Below, in pieces: positions 30,678-40,717 of a DNA stretch of 64,000 nucleotides. The notes under the pieces were generated by a model that saw nothing but the letters and a program-made list of their open reading frames with translations, did no database searches and was not told the DNA's origin. Positions within the stretch are counted from its first letter, which is position 1. Every line of letters begins with the position of its first letter. Position numbers and translations under genes: made by a program. Origin of the DNA: Candidatus Bathyarchaeota archaeon (GTDB lineage Archaea > Thermoproteota > Bathyarchaeia > 40CM-2-53-6); the NCBI GenBank assembly GCA_005888745.1, contig VBBS01000030.1, positions 140,175-204,174 of the forward strand. The letters run 5' to 3'.

Positions 30678-31118
30678 GTGTCCCGGCAGGGAACTAGTTC
30701 GCCACCGACCGTAAACGAAAACAGGATACTAAAGGGGGCCTGTCAGGAAATAGTCCGGACTAGAACGTTCTCCGAAGAACAGAAGCAGACGTTGACGACT
30801 GTATTCCAGAAAAGGTTCCAGCAAGCGCTCGGGCTTGTGGAGGCTGGAAAAGTTCGGAAGTACCAATTCGCCCCCAGTGGTAGAACGATCTGGGTGGTAA
30901 CCGGTCGCGGCCGAGACTATCAGGTTCTCCCGGACAGCTTGTTCTGTACCTGCGACGATTACTATTTCCGAGTAATGGAACACAAGAAACAACTGTGCTA
31001 CCACATCATTGCTCAACAGCTCTCCGAAGCCATGAGCAAGCATGACGCGATCGACATGACAGACTCTCGCTACTCAGAAATTACTTCCAAACTAACCTCG
31101 ATCATTACTCGCGAGTAA
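30678..31118 (+). CDS. SWIM zinc-finger protein
   Basis: CTCDDYYFRVMEHKKQLCYHIIA fits the SWIM pattern CxCx(n)CxH. Confidence 0.5.
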   Translation: MSRQGTSSPPTVNENRILKGACQEIVRTRTFSEEQKQTLTTVFQKRFQQALGLVEAGKVRKYQFAPSGRTIWVVTGRGRDYQVLPDSLFCTCDDYYFRVMEHKKQLCYHIIAQQLSEAMSKHDAIDMTDSRYSEITSKLTSIITRE

Positions 31119-31360
31119 GGTCAAGGTTTTAGTAGCCGTTTCCGAGGTTGTGCGAGAGCGAAGCCGAGTGAGCCGACATGTCTTACAACCTTCTACCGGA
31201 CCAGGAGTTTGCGTTACTCCAGCTCCTGCTCTACATCTTCAGCTTCGTCACTCTGATCATGATCTTCCTCTACATTGCGGCTGAACGTCCAGGGGAAGGA
31301 AAGAAGAAGGTCGAAGAGGAAGAAGAATAAATCGTCCTTCGATGATTACTAGTGCAGTAG

Positions 31361-34183
31361 ATGCGGACTTCGGCTTTCTTAACCCTCAAACCTCCAGTCC
31401 TACGAAGGCTTGAAAAAGAAGGCTTCCTGGAAGCTAGCCCGATCCAGGAGCTAGCCATCCCCGCAATTCTCAGCGGCGAAAACGTCCTTCTAATCGCTCC
31501 GACCGGGACCGGTAAGACCCTCGCCGCCATCCTCCCAGTTCTCGACAGGCTAATCGAAGCGAGAGCAGAAGGAAAGCCTAGGGGCATATCCGTCCTTTAT
31601 GTAACCCCGCTACGCGCTCTCAACAGAGACCTCCTCCGTAGGCTCGAGGAGATGGGAAAGGATCTCGACATCAAGATCCAGGTCCGACACGGAGACACTC
31701 CGATCAGCGCGAGATCACGACAGGCAAAGAGCCCACCGGACGTCATGATCACAACTCCCGAGACACTACAAGCCATCATGATCGGGAAGAGAATGAAGGA
31801 ACATCTTCGCTCGGTCAGATGGGTCGTCGTAGACGAAGTCCATGAACTAGCAACAGACGAGAGAGGAGTACAACTATCCTTTGCGCTAGAACGACTCCGA
31901 GAGCTCACCGGGGTTGAGTTTCAGAGAATCGGACTCTCCGCCACCATCGGAGAGCCAGAGCGCATCGGCCAGTTCCTAGTCGGAGCCGGACGAAGGGTAA
32001 CAGTACTACGTTCCGACGAGACCCGGGGCCTCCAGATCAACGTCCGATCCGTCCATCCTAGCTCCGGAGATCAGAAAGAAGCCATCAACCTCGGGCTACC
32101 CGCATCCACGGTTTCTCGGGCTAGGATGATACTCGGCATCATTCAATCCCACAAGTCAACCTTGGTGTTTACCAACACGCGAGAACACGCGGAGGCCTTG
32201 GCCGCCCAGATCCAAGCGGTTGGCGCCGGTGTCGCTGTCCGAGTACACCACGGATCCTTATCGAGAGAGTTGCGGGAAGAAGCAGAGAAAGAATTCCAAG
32301 AAGGAAAACTCAAAGCACTAATCTGCACGAGCTCTCTTGAGCTAGGAATCGACATCGGTAGCGTTGACTTCATCATCCAGTACACCTCTCCGCGAGAGAC
32401 GACGAGGCTGGTCCAACGCGTCGGTCGTAGCGGACACACGTTAGGTGGAACTTCTCGCGGAGTCATTCTGACCATCAACACGGACGACATACTAGAGTCC
32501 GCTGTTTTGATCCAGCGAGCCAGAGAAGGAAGGCTCGAACGGCCAATCATCCATGAGAAGGCCTACGATGTCCTCGCGCATCAGATAGTTGGTCTCTTGC
32601 TCCAAAAGGGTCGAATGACCGTTGAGGAAATCGGCGAGGTCGTTCATCGTTCCTACCCCTTCCGCGATATAGATCCCGTAGAGCTCGGACGGGTTATCGC
32701 GCAGCTCGATGAGCTGAGACTGTTGAGAAAGTTCGAACAGTTCCTTATCGCTCGTAACCCCAAGGCGATCCAATACTATTTCACAAATCTCTCTGTCATA
32801 CCTGATGTTCAGAAGTATACTGTATTCGATTTCTTCCGAAAAAGGCGGATCGGAAGCCTTGACCAAGACTTTGTCGCTCGCAGATGCGCAAGCGGAACAG
32901 AATTCATCCTCCACGGGCAGACCTGGAAGGTGCTCTCAGTCGACGAGGAACAATATCATGTCGAGGTGGAGGCTGCCCCTCCAAGCCTGACCGCCATTCC
33001 CGGCTGGGAAGGAGATATGATTCCTGTCCAGATAGACGTTGCCGAAGAAGTTGGACGTGCCCGCAGAATCCTGTCAGATGGAATTGTACCTGACGGATTT
33101 CTTGAGCAGGGTGAAGTTGACCGGGTAGAGTCCACTCTCTCCGCTCAGAAGCGTCAGGCTTTGGTTCCAACAGAGAGACTAGTCCTAGTCGAAAGCTTCG
33201 AGAACAGCGTGGTAATCCATTCATGCTTCGGAAACCTGGTCAACGAGACCCTCGCAACTGCCATGGCCGCGCTGTTCGGCTCCCGCTTGGGATCGAACAT
33301 CGGCACACAGGTCGACCAGTATCGATTCGCCCTAATCTTCCCACGCCCAGTGAGCGCCTTGTTGGTTGCAGAGGAAGTCAGAAAACTCTCGCCTGACGAC
33401 ATGGAGAAGATTGTTGGGGACACCATTGACGCCTCGGACCTTTTCGCTTGGAGGCACTGGCACGTCCTCCGCCGGCTCGGTGCGGTGAGCCGAGAAGCAG
33501 AGTACAAAGCTCGCCAGGCAAGACTCTTGGTCGACATTTTCAAGACGTCTATAGCTAATGATGAGGCTCGTAGAGAACTCTTCACAGAGAAACTGGATGT
33601 CAAGGGCGCCAGAAGAGTCCTTGAAAGGGTTGGTTCCGGGGAGATCACGATCGAAACCATTCAGGATGTGGGTCAGTGCACTCCATTTGCTCTTCCCATT
33701 CTTGACAGGATCGTTCCACACGGTCTACTCAGACCCGCCGTCGAAGAAGCTTCCATCATCGAGGTCGTGAAGAGCCGATTGCTCTCCACCAACCTTCGAC
33801 TTCTATGCATGAACTGTGGAGAATGGGACAGCATCCGAGGGGTCGATACTCTCCGGGAAGTCGTGCGGTGTCCGAAATGTCGATCGTCCCTTATAGCTGT
33901 GACATACCGAAGCAACGATGCACTGGGATCGATAATCAACAAGAAAAAGAGAGGAAGCAAGTTAAGCCCTGAAGAAGAAAAAGAGTGGATGACGGCATGG
34001 CGGTCTGCGGGGCTAATTCAGAATTATGGAAAGAGAGCCGGCATAGTTCTAGCAGCTAGGGGAGTCGGACCCACTACTGCGACTCGGATTCTGCGAAACC
34101 GGTTGGCAAGAGAAGATGACTTATACCTGAGTGTTCTAAGGGCGGAGCGAGAGTTCGAGCGTACCCGAATGTTCTGGGACTAG
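31361..34183 (+). CDS. lhr: Lhr-type large superfamily-2 DEXH helicase (Lhr-core plus C-terminal domain with a zinc ribbon)
   Basis: Motif I APTGTGKT, motif II DEVHEL, helicase C motifs, about 940 aa, and a C-terminal CMNCGEW...CPKCRSS zinc ribbon. Confidence 0.8.
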   Translation: MRTSAFLTLKPPVLRRLEKEGFLEASPIQELAIPAILSGENVLLIAPTGTGKTLAAILPVLDRLIEARAEGKPRGISVLYVTPLRALNRDLLRRLEEMGKDLDIKIQVRHGDTPISARSRQAKSPPDVMITTPETLQAIMIGKRMKEHLRSVRWVVVDEVHELATDERGVQLSFALERLRELTGVEFQRIGLSATIGEPERIGQFLVGAGRRVTVLRSDETRGLQINVRSVHPSSGDQKEAINLGLPASTVSRARMILGIIQSHKSTLVFTNTREHAEALAAQIQAVGAGVAVRVHHGSLSRELREEAEKEFQEGKLKALICTSSLELGIDIGSVDFIIQYTSPRETTRLVQRVGRSGHTLGGTSRGVILTINTDDILESAVLIQRAREGRLERPIIHEKAYDVLAHQIVGLLLQKGRMTVEEIGEVVHRSYPFRDIDPVELGRVIAQLDELRLLRKFEQFLIARNPKAIQYYFTNLSVIPDVQKYTVFDFFRKRRIGSLDQDFVARRCASGTEFILHGQTWKVLSVDEEQYHVEVEAAPPSLTAIPGWEGDMIPVQIDVAEEVGRARRILSDGIVPDGFLEQGEVDRVESTLSAQKRQALVPTERLVLVESFENSVVIHSCFGNLVNETLATAMAALFGSRLGSNIGTQVDQYRFALIFPRPVSALLVAEEVRKLSPDDMEKIVGDTIDASDLFAWRHWHVLRRLGAVSREAEYKARQARLLVDIFKTSIANDEARRELFTEKLDVKGARRVLERVGSGEITIETIQDVGQCTPFALPILDRIVPHGLLRPAVEEASIIEVVKSRLLSTNLRLLCMNCGEWDSIRGVDTLREVVRCPKCRSSLIAVTYRSNDALGSIINKKKRGSKLSPEEEKEWMTAWRSAGLIQNYGKRAGIVLAARGVGPTTATRILRNRLAREDDLYLSVLRAEREFERTRMFWD

Positions 34184-34190
34184 AACCTGC

Positions 34191-35327
34191 TTGACAGAGT
34201 CTTCTGAGAATCTCATTAATCATATTCTGGCTAAGAACCCGGGAATGTCGAGAGGGGAACTCCTCTCGCTGATCGAGCGCAAGAAACAAGAATCACATGG
34301 TCTCCTGTCCGACGAAGGTGCCGCACGGCTCCTTGCACAACAACTCGCGGGCTTGTCGGGCGAGTCAGTCAATATTTTGGACCAGCGGATTTCAAGCATC
34401 CAAGCAGGACTGTCAGACGCGACCATCTCAGGAGAAATACTCTCCGTAAGCCAGTTGCGCGAATTTCAGCGGTCCGATGGATCCGTCGGCAGGCTCGTAA
34501 GACTCAAGTTAAGGGATGGATCTGGACAAATCACCGGTGTCCTCTGGGACTCTACTGCGGAGATCGTCGAGAAGGAACAGCTCGGAGAAGGCTCCAAGCT
34601 CCGTCTTGCTCATGGCTACACAAGGTTAGGGCTCGCGGGCGAGGTCGAGTTTCACCTGGGGTCGCGTAGCAGTATCGAAGTCTTGACCAGAACCCCTGCG
34701 AAAGGTCTCTCATTCAGTTCCAGCGACGTACGAGATAGCTCCCCAGTCAACATTTCTCCCGAAACCGTCCGGGTCCGGATTAGAAAGCTGCAGAAGAGCA
34801 GAGGAGAGAAAGGACCTGCATGGGCTTTGTGCGAGAACGAACAGGGTCTCACAATGGCGAAGTTCTGGGATGATAACATGAAGACAGTTCTTTCCATGGG
34901 CGAAGGAAGCGTAATCACGATCAAGAATCCATGGGTCACAGAGAGGAACGGAATGGTCTACCTGAACGCTGGATCGAAATCCTCCATAACAAAAGAGACA
35001 CATGTCGACATCGAGTTTCCTCCACCTGTCACTATTGCATCGATCAAACCTGGCCCCAAACTCTACACCACGCGGGGAGTCGTCGTTGAACGAACAGATC
35101 CCCGAGAGATCGAGACCAGGGAGGGGAGGAGAACAAGGGTCTCAAATATTAGGGTGGAAGACGGTACAGGCAGGATTAGAATCGCCCTCTGGGATAATCA
35201 TGCCCAACTCGTGGAAACCCTAAGAATGGGAGACGCGATAAGGCTGACAGGAATCAAGGCCCGAGAGTCATCCAATGGAGAACTGGAAGCGTCGACCGTA
35301 TTTCTAACCCAGATCGAGAAATCATAG
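34191..35327 (+). CDS. RPA-like single-stranded-DNA-binding protein with three OB folds and an N-terminal helical domain
   Basis: Three tandem OB-fold-like units (GEILSVSQLREFQRSDGSVGRLVRLKLRDGSGQITGVLWD; ...ALCENEQGLTMAKFWDD; TTRGVVVERTD...VEDGTGRIRIALWDN) typical of archaeal RPA. Confidence 0.55.
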   Translation: MTESSENLINHILAKNPGMSRGELLSLIERKKQESHGLLSDEGAARLLAQQLAGLSGESVNILDQRISSIQAGLSDATISGEILSVSQLREFQRSDGSVGRLVRLKLRDGSGQITGVLWDSTAEIVEKEQLGEGSKLRLAHGYTRLGLAGEVEFHLGSRSSIEVLTRTPAKGLSFSSSDVRDSSPVNISPETVRVRIRKLQKSRGEKGPAWALCENEQGLTMAKFWDDNMKTVLSMGEGSVITIKNPWVTERNGMVYLNAGSKSSITKETHVDIEFPPPVTIASIKPGPKLYTTRGVVVERTDPREIETREGRRTRVSNIRVEDGTGRIRIALWDNHAQLVETLRMGDAIRLTGIKARESSNGELEASTVFLTQIEKS

Positions 35328-35345
35328 GGATTCTGCTGAAAGCCC

Positions 35346-35747
35346 ATGATGGCGCTGAGAGTAGGGAAGGACCCTTTCGACTATATCAACGAGGTCAGAG
35401 TTGAGAAATCTCGGCAGTCAATGAAACGCCGACTCCAGGAGTACCATCCCAAAGCTGCCTCGATTGACACCCTTGAAAGGGTCGACGAGAAACATCATCT
35501 GATAGTTTTCTCAGCAGACTGGTGCTCTGACTGTGTCGCGTACATCCCTGGACTCGCAAAGTCGCTGATAATGGCAAAGAACAACATGCTGCAGGCCGAA
35601 TTCAACATTCGGGCAATCCCCACAATAATCGTTTACGACAAGAACTGGAAGGAAATTGGAAGGTTCGTCGAGACGCCAAAGAAATTCGGCACAGTTGAAG
35701 AAGAGCTCTGCGCAATCCTAGGATCAAAGGACACACCCAAGATCTAA
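35346..35747 (+). CDS. Thioredoxin-fold protein
   Basis: WCSDC (CxxC) active-site motif in a roughly 130-aa protein. Confidence 0.5.
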   Translation: MMALRVGKDPFDYINEVRVEKSRQSMKRRLQEYHPKAASIDTLERVDEKHHLIVFSADWCSDCVAYIPGLAKSLIMAKNNMLQAEFNIRAIPTIIVYDKNWKEIGRFVETPKKFGTVEEELCAILGSKDTPKI

Positions 35748-36416
35748 TCATTCCAGGGACGTGATCTAGACTGGGGTATGACTGCGGCCGAGAAGATACT
35801 GGGCCATTCATTCTTGAAAGGAGTATGTGAGACGTCGAGAGCTTGTCGAAGCCAATATTGAAAGGCAATGCTATGTCGCCCAGATTCTGATTTTTCCAGA
35901 TGCGCTTTCGTTCGGGTCAATTGCGCTTTTGGTGGCGCTATCTTGTGGTTCCGAAAATCTTTGATGATGGTGGCTGCTCTCCCTAACGTCCCATTTTAAT
36001 GTCGCAAACCCATCCGATCCCCAGAGAGTAGCGTCGCGCCCGTCGCTCCAATGTTGGAAGGGTAATCCTTTGGAAGGAGTATCAAATCTTCTCCGCGTGC
36101 GAGTCATCTCGGGCTGCGAGGTGGGAAGTGGGATAGTAAGATCCGTCAATCTCCAGGACAATAGCAAATGGCGAACCGATGTCCTCAGTACGGGAACCTA
36201 CTCCGCGTCGGAAATGTCAACCACCAGAGCGGTTGGCTGGTGTTGGAGCTCATTTCCCGAGACCTAAGCTAAGATCTCGGTTCCTCTCGATGGCAAGTAG
36301 ATTACCTTCGTAGGTCCATTGGTCTATGACTCCGAAAACTGGAACGCTGTCTACCTGGTCTGGTCGATTCAAGGCGACTAATGGTTCCATCAATCTTCTT
36401 CTGGCGAGATTTCATT

Positions 36417-37103
36417 CTAGATTAGTCGTGATAATAGTAGGACTAGTCCGATCGAGTATGCTGCTGTTCTATGGATCTTTAACAGTAGCCGTGCATTCTT
36501 TGTCAGGTCGGCGCCATATTCTTTCTCGTTGGTCAGCACGGCCATGTGATGCATTTCGACCACGGTTATTCCGAGGAAGAGCGCTAAGCCTAGGCCCATC
36601 AGGTCTATTCGCGTTCCTTGAATGTAGTAGCTGGCCAGGACGGGCATGAAACCCCAGGCTATGCCGAAACCAGGATAGGTGTGAAGCCATTTGGGCTTCT
36701 CGATAGGATAGAAGAGGGCGAAGAATCCTCCCAGGATCACAAACACAAGGAACCATATGGAGTAGAGGAGTGACATGTAGACTCCCACGGCCATGCCCGC
36801 TAGGATCGCGAGTACGCCAACTGTTCTGATCGCTCCCCTGTTCATCGTTGGGAAGTAGGGAAGGTACTTGTCTTTGCTCGCGGTTATGTCGATATAGTGC
36901 GCTCCGACGACGAGGCCGAAGAGTCCTGCCAGCATCGTCAATAGATAGCGGTCGAGGTGAAACTCGGGGGCCAGCGTCGACGCGACCGTGACCCAAGAGA
37001 AGAGGACCATGCTGAATGGCCAGCGGAGGCCGAACCACCAGACATTCTTCCTCCACACTCCGACAAGATCAGGTTCCACAAGGGGAAGAACCGGTTCGCC
37101 CAT
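36417..37103 (-). CDS. Integral membrane protein (about 7 TM), hypothetical
   Basis: Multiple hydrophobic helices. The overlapping Arg/Pro-rich ORF 36469..37056 in another frame is rejected. Confidence 0.45.
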   Translation of the reverse strand: MGEPVLPLVEPDLVGVWRKNVWWFGLRWPFSMVLFSWVTVASTLAPEFHLDRYLLTMLAGLFGLVVGAHYIDITASKDKYLPYFPTMNRGAIRTVGVLAILAGMAVGVYMSLLYSIWFLVFVILGGFFALFYPIEKPKWLHTYPGFGIAWGFMPVLASYYIQGTRIDLMGLGLALFLGITVVEMHHMAVLTNEKEYGADLTKNARLLLKIHRTAAYSIGLVLLLSRLI

Positions 37104-37237
37104 AGTCCACGTCTTTCTCGAGGCATATTTAGGAGGAACCCTCTGTGTTCCTTCTGTTCTTCTTTCACACCGTCGGAGCAGACACGAGTCGCGGAGAAAA
37201 ACTCGGACAGAATATCCTGCGGGATCGAAAAACGCTT

Positions 37238-38584
37238 CTACTTGCTAGATTTGGCTACTTCCTTTACCGCGCCTTCTAGAATCTCTAGTCCAGAATCCAC
37301 AAGTTCCCTAGTTATTATCAGTGGAGGAGCGATGCGGAGAGTCGAGTGACCCGCCGTGATCATAGCGAGACCACGCCGGAACGACTTCATCATGATCTCA
37401 TGCGCTTCGCTATCACCTGATTCTTTCGTCTTAGGATCCTTCACGATCTCGGCCCCGATCATCAATCCCTTCCCTCGAACGTCGCCGATGATCTCGTACT
37501 TCTCCTGCATCTCCTTCAACCGCTTAACCATATAGTCCCCCTGTTTCGTCGCGTTCTCCAGAAGGTGTTCATCTCTAATCGCACCGATGACCTCTATGGC
37601 TGCGGCACACGACACCGGGTTCCCGCCGAACGTGTTTGCATGCGATCCTCCCTCCCAATCCATTAGATCAGAGTTCGCAACCGTCGCACCGATAGGCATA
37701 CCTGACGCCAATGCTTTCGACGTACACAGAACATCAGGCTCAACGCCCCAGTGCTCGATTCCGAACCAGCGCCCCGTCCTTCCCATCCCAGCCTGCACTT
37801 CGTCATCGACCATCAGAATCCCATTCTTGTCTAGCAGCTTTCTCAATCGCTTGAAGTATTCCTGTGGAGGGACAACATACCCACCCTCCCCCTGAATAGG
37901 TTCGATGAAGAACGCTGCAACATCCTCCGGCGGGAGATACTTGTCCAGGACCTGCTCCTGTATGAAGTCGACGCAGTACATGTCACATTCCGGGTAAGTC
38001 ATCTTGAACGGGCACCTATAGCAGTATGCGAAGGGAACGTGAGTATCCCCTGGAACCATCGGGAAGAAGTGTCGTCGTTGCACAGGCTTGCTCGCGGTAA
38101 GACTCAACGCCCCCAATGTTCTTCCGTGGAACGCGCCTGTGAAGCTGAGAAAACTGTGTTTTCGCGAATGCCACTTTGCAAGTTTCATCGCGGCCTCGAT
38201 AGCCTCGGTGCCGCTGTTGCTCAGGAACACTTTCTTCTGAAAGTTCCCCGGAGTTATCTTCACCAACTCCTTCGACAACTGAACGACTTTTTCATAATAG
38301 AAATCGGTCCATGAATAGTGAATCAGCTTCTCCGCCTGAGACTTTATCGCTCCGACAACTTTGGGATGGGAATGGCCTACTGCGAGACAGACCAGGCCAG
38401 AGTTGAAATCGATAAACTCGTTTCCATCAACATCCTTTACAATACATCCCTGGCCCGAGTCGGCAGCGAGCGGATAGAACCTAACAAGAGAGGGAGAGAT
38501 CAGAGACTCGTCCTCTTTCAGCAAAGCTCGGGCCTTCGGGCCCGGAGGTGTAACCACGATCTTCGGATATTTCTCAGCTGGCAT
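37238..38584 (-). CDS. Class-III PLP-dependent aminotransferase (acetylornithine/4-aminobutyrate aminotransferase family)
   Basis: 448 aa with GNFQKKVFLSNSGTEAIEAAMKLAK, DEVQAGMGRTG and SKALASGMPIGA motifs (PLP lysine in SK context). Confidence 0.8.
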   Translation of the reverse strand: MPAEKYPKIVVTPPGPKARALLKEDESLISPSLVRFYPLAADSGQGCIVKDVDGNEFIDFNSGLVCLAVGHSHPKVVGAIKSQAEKLIHYSWTDFYYEKVVQLSKELVKITPGNFQKKVFLSNSGTEAIEAAMKLAKWHSRKHSFLSFTGAFHGRTLGALSLTASKPVQRRHFFPMVPGDTHVPFAYCYRCPFKMTYPECDMYCVDFIQEQVLDKYLPPEDVAAFFIEPIQGEGGYVVPPQEYFKRLRKLLDKNGILMVDDEVQAGMGRTGRWFGIEHWGVEPDVLCTSKALASGMPIGATVANSDLMDWEGGSHANTFGGNPVSCAAAIEVIGAIRDEHLLENATKQGDYMVKRLKEMQEKYEIIGDVRGKGLMIGAEIVKDPKTKESGDSEAHEIMMKSFRRGLAMITAGHSTLRIAPPLIITRELVDSGLEILEGAVKEVAKSSK

Positions 38585-38650
38585 CGGTGGCGACGTCCGG
38601 GCCTATCTGCCGCTAATAAGATTGCGCAGACTATCCTACATGTATTAGGC

Positions 38651-38974
38651 TCAGTTTCCGAGAGTTATCTCGATCGTGGAGAGACGTGCAATCGAACCGT
38701 CCTCTCGCTCAACCTCTTCAGTCCCGATGTCGACCGTGTGAATCTGGACATTTTTGAAAAAAGCTCTCCTGAGCATCTCAACTGTCTCAACAGCCTTGTT
38801 GATAGACTGTCCACGGGCCCTCACCATGACTTCGGGTTGTCCTGTATTGAACAGGGTAACGCAGGCAACTACGTAGTTCATCGTCGGTTTCTTGCCAATC
38901 CGGACAATATTTGGAGCTGGCTCTTCATCTTCGAATCCGTCGTCGATCTCAGTCTCGGGAAGTATCTTTGACAT
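38651..38974 (-). CDS. albA: DNA/RNA-binding chromatin protein Alba
   Basis: NIVRIGKKPTMNYVVACVTLFNTGQPEVMVRARGQSINKAVETVEMLRRAF matches the Alba signature. Confidence 0.8.
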   Translation of the reverse strand: MSKILPETEIDDGFEDEEPAPNIVRIGKKPTMNYVVACVTLFNTGQPEVMVRARGQSINKAVETVEMLRRAFFKNVQIHTVDIGTEEVEREDGSIARLSTIEITLGN

Positions 38975-39157
38975 GGTGATCTCAGTGTAAATTGTTTGTA
39001 TCGGGTTCGTTCCTGTAAGATTAACCTTGCCAAACCAAGGGGGTTTGACGAAAGGACTCCGCAGCGCGTTCGTTCCAGTCTCTGTCTATCCTCCGCCCTG
39101 CTTTTAAGGCACTAAACATGGGAATCAACGCCTCTTCGGAGTCGCGATCCGTATCAC

Positions 39158-39448
39158 ATGTCCTCAGTAAATCCGACCGTTTTTCACATGCTGGAGAGGC
39201 TGGTGGGGAAGAGAGTACTGGCGGTGATTAACCGCGATTTTGGCTACGAGGGGCTGCTTGCGGTTGTTTCGCACGAGCCACCAGGAGTCTGGTTAACAGA
39301 GTCTGAAGCGGTGATTCTCCGCTCTACAATTGTTAGTCCCATTCCTCAGATCGTGAACCGGGAACCCAGGGGCGACACTTTCCTTCACCTGGACGCGATT
39401 CAAAGGCTGGAGTCAGTTTCGGAGGGAAAGCCAAGCGCACGGCGATAA
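39158..39448 (+). CDS. Possible Sm-like (LSm) fold protein
   Basis: LERLVGKRVLAVINRDFGYEGLLAVVSHEPPGVWL fits the Sm1 pattern L..L.GK.V.V.L..G..Y.G.L...D. Weak. Confidence 0.3.
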   Translation: MSSVNPTVFHMLERLVGKRVLAVINRDFGYEGLLAVVSHEPPGVWLTESEAVILRSTIVSPIPQIVNREPRGDTFLHLDAIQRLESVSEGKPSARR

Positions 39449-39470
39449 GGTAGCCTGGCTCGACGGGCTT

Positions 39471-40448
39471 TTGGTCGCCGCGTCTGGAGTTACTATCGTG
39501 ATGGACCCCATCAAACTTCGGAGGGTCCCGGAGACTGCCAGGGTTTTTGTCTCTCATGCCCACAGCGATCATACTCGCGGATTTCGACACAAAGGATTGA
39601 AGCAGTCAACTGTTCAGACAAGAGATATTCACAGTGCACTGAGCGCGCATAGGATTTCCAATTTCGCCGCGATCGATCTGAATCGCAAGGTCTCGATTGA
39701 TGGCGTCGAGATCAGAGCGCTAAACGCTGGACACATGTTAGGGTCTGCCCAGTTTCTCGTTCACACGCCGGCGACTTCGATCTTGTACACCGGAGACATT
39801 AACTGCGTCGATACTTTGACTACAAAGGCGGCCGAGCCTCACCGGTGCGACGTTCTCGTGATCGAGGCGACGTACGGCTCTCCGATCTACCGTTTTCCAT
39901 CTCGCGAAACCATCTATGCCGGTGTCGTCGAGTGGGCCGTGGAGATGACAAAACAAGGTTGCGTTCCATGTCTGCACGTCTACGCTGCCGGCAAGGCCCA
40001 AGAGATGGTCCGCCTCTTCAACATCTACACTCACCTGCCCGTCGTTGTTAATCCGCGTCTCGATGGTGTGAACGAGGCTTATCGGAAGAGCGGCCACTCG
40101 TTGAATTGGCTGGCCTCAAACTCTGCAGATGGTAGAGAAGTCTTAGAGAAAGATCCCTGCGTCTATATCACTACCCCGGGCGATAAGAGGAGTATTGGTA
40201 GGAAGGCGGCGAGGGCTTTTGCCACTGGCTGGGCCCTCTCATTGAGAGGACGCAATGCGGCCTTCCCATTGAGCAGTCACGCCGATTTCGAACAGCTAGT
40301 ATCGTTTATCAAAGCGTGCCAACCCGAGGAGGTGTACATTTTCACAGGGTTTGCTGATGAGTTGAGGCGAACGGTCAAGTCCGAACTCGGGCTTGATGCT
40401 AGAGCTGTTCCTACGATGAATCAGAGAAAATTGTTCGAGGACTACTAG
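39471..40448 (+). CDS. Metallo-beta-lactamase-fold hydrolase
   Basis: VSHAHSDHTRG (HxHxDH) plus downstream His/Asp ligands. 325 aa. Confidence 0.65.
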   Translation: MVAASGVTIVMDPIKLRRVPETARVFVSHAHSDHTRGFRHKGLKQSTVQTRDIHSALSAHRISNFAAIDLNRKVSIDGVEIRALNAGHMLGSAQFLVHTPATSILYTGDINCVDTLTTKAAEPHRCDVLVIEATYGSPIYRFPSRETIYAGVVEWAVEMTKQGCVPCLHVYAAGKAQEMVRLFNIYTHLPVVVNPRLDGVNEAYRKSGHSLNWLASNSADGREVLEKDPCVYITTPGDKRSIGRKAARAFATGWALSLRGRNAAFPLSSHADFEQLVSFIKACQPEEVYIFTGFADELRRTVKSELGLDARAVPTMNQRKLFEDY

Positions 40449-40476
40449 TCTTCTAGTCAGACTGATTGGGCCGGGG

Positions 40477-40620
40477 CTAGGTAACGGGGAGGAGGAAATA
40501 TGCGATGAGGGCGAGGACGACTAGTCCTACTCCGGATATTACAACGAGTTGGGGGCTCAGCTTTATTCCTGGGGTGTCTTCCTCGAAAAAGCGCAATAGT
40601 CCAGCGCTTGCAGCGGGCAT
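40477..40620 (-). CDS. secG: Protein translocase subunit Sec61-beta (archaeal SecG). The longer 107-aa ORF, open up to 40800, overlaps the glyA 3-prime end and is probably not all translated.
   Basis: GLLRFFEEDTPGIKLSPQLVVISGVGLVVLALIAYF matches the archaeal Sec61-beta consensus (GLMRYFDED..GPKL.P..V....L.FIV.VL). Confidence 0.55.
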   Translation of the reverse strand: MPAASAGLLRFFEEDTPGIKLSPQLVVISGVGLVVLALIAYFLLPVT

Positions 40621-40717
40621 CGGTGCCTCATCTCGGCGTCTCTTCTCCCGCTTGGTCAACTGGTATCTCCTGCTTCCGGCGCTCGGGGCTAACGGTCTGT
40701 AATAAAGGGTGGCGTGG

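Noticed and set aside
36469-37056. 195-aa Arg/Pro-rich ORF overlapping the membrane-protein gene in another frame
   Set aside because: Extreme Arg/Pro/Gly bias is typical of an out-of-frame reading of a GC-rich coding region. The overlapping 36417..37103 frame encodes a coherent multi-TM protein.
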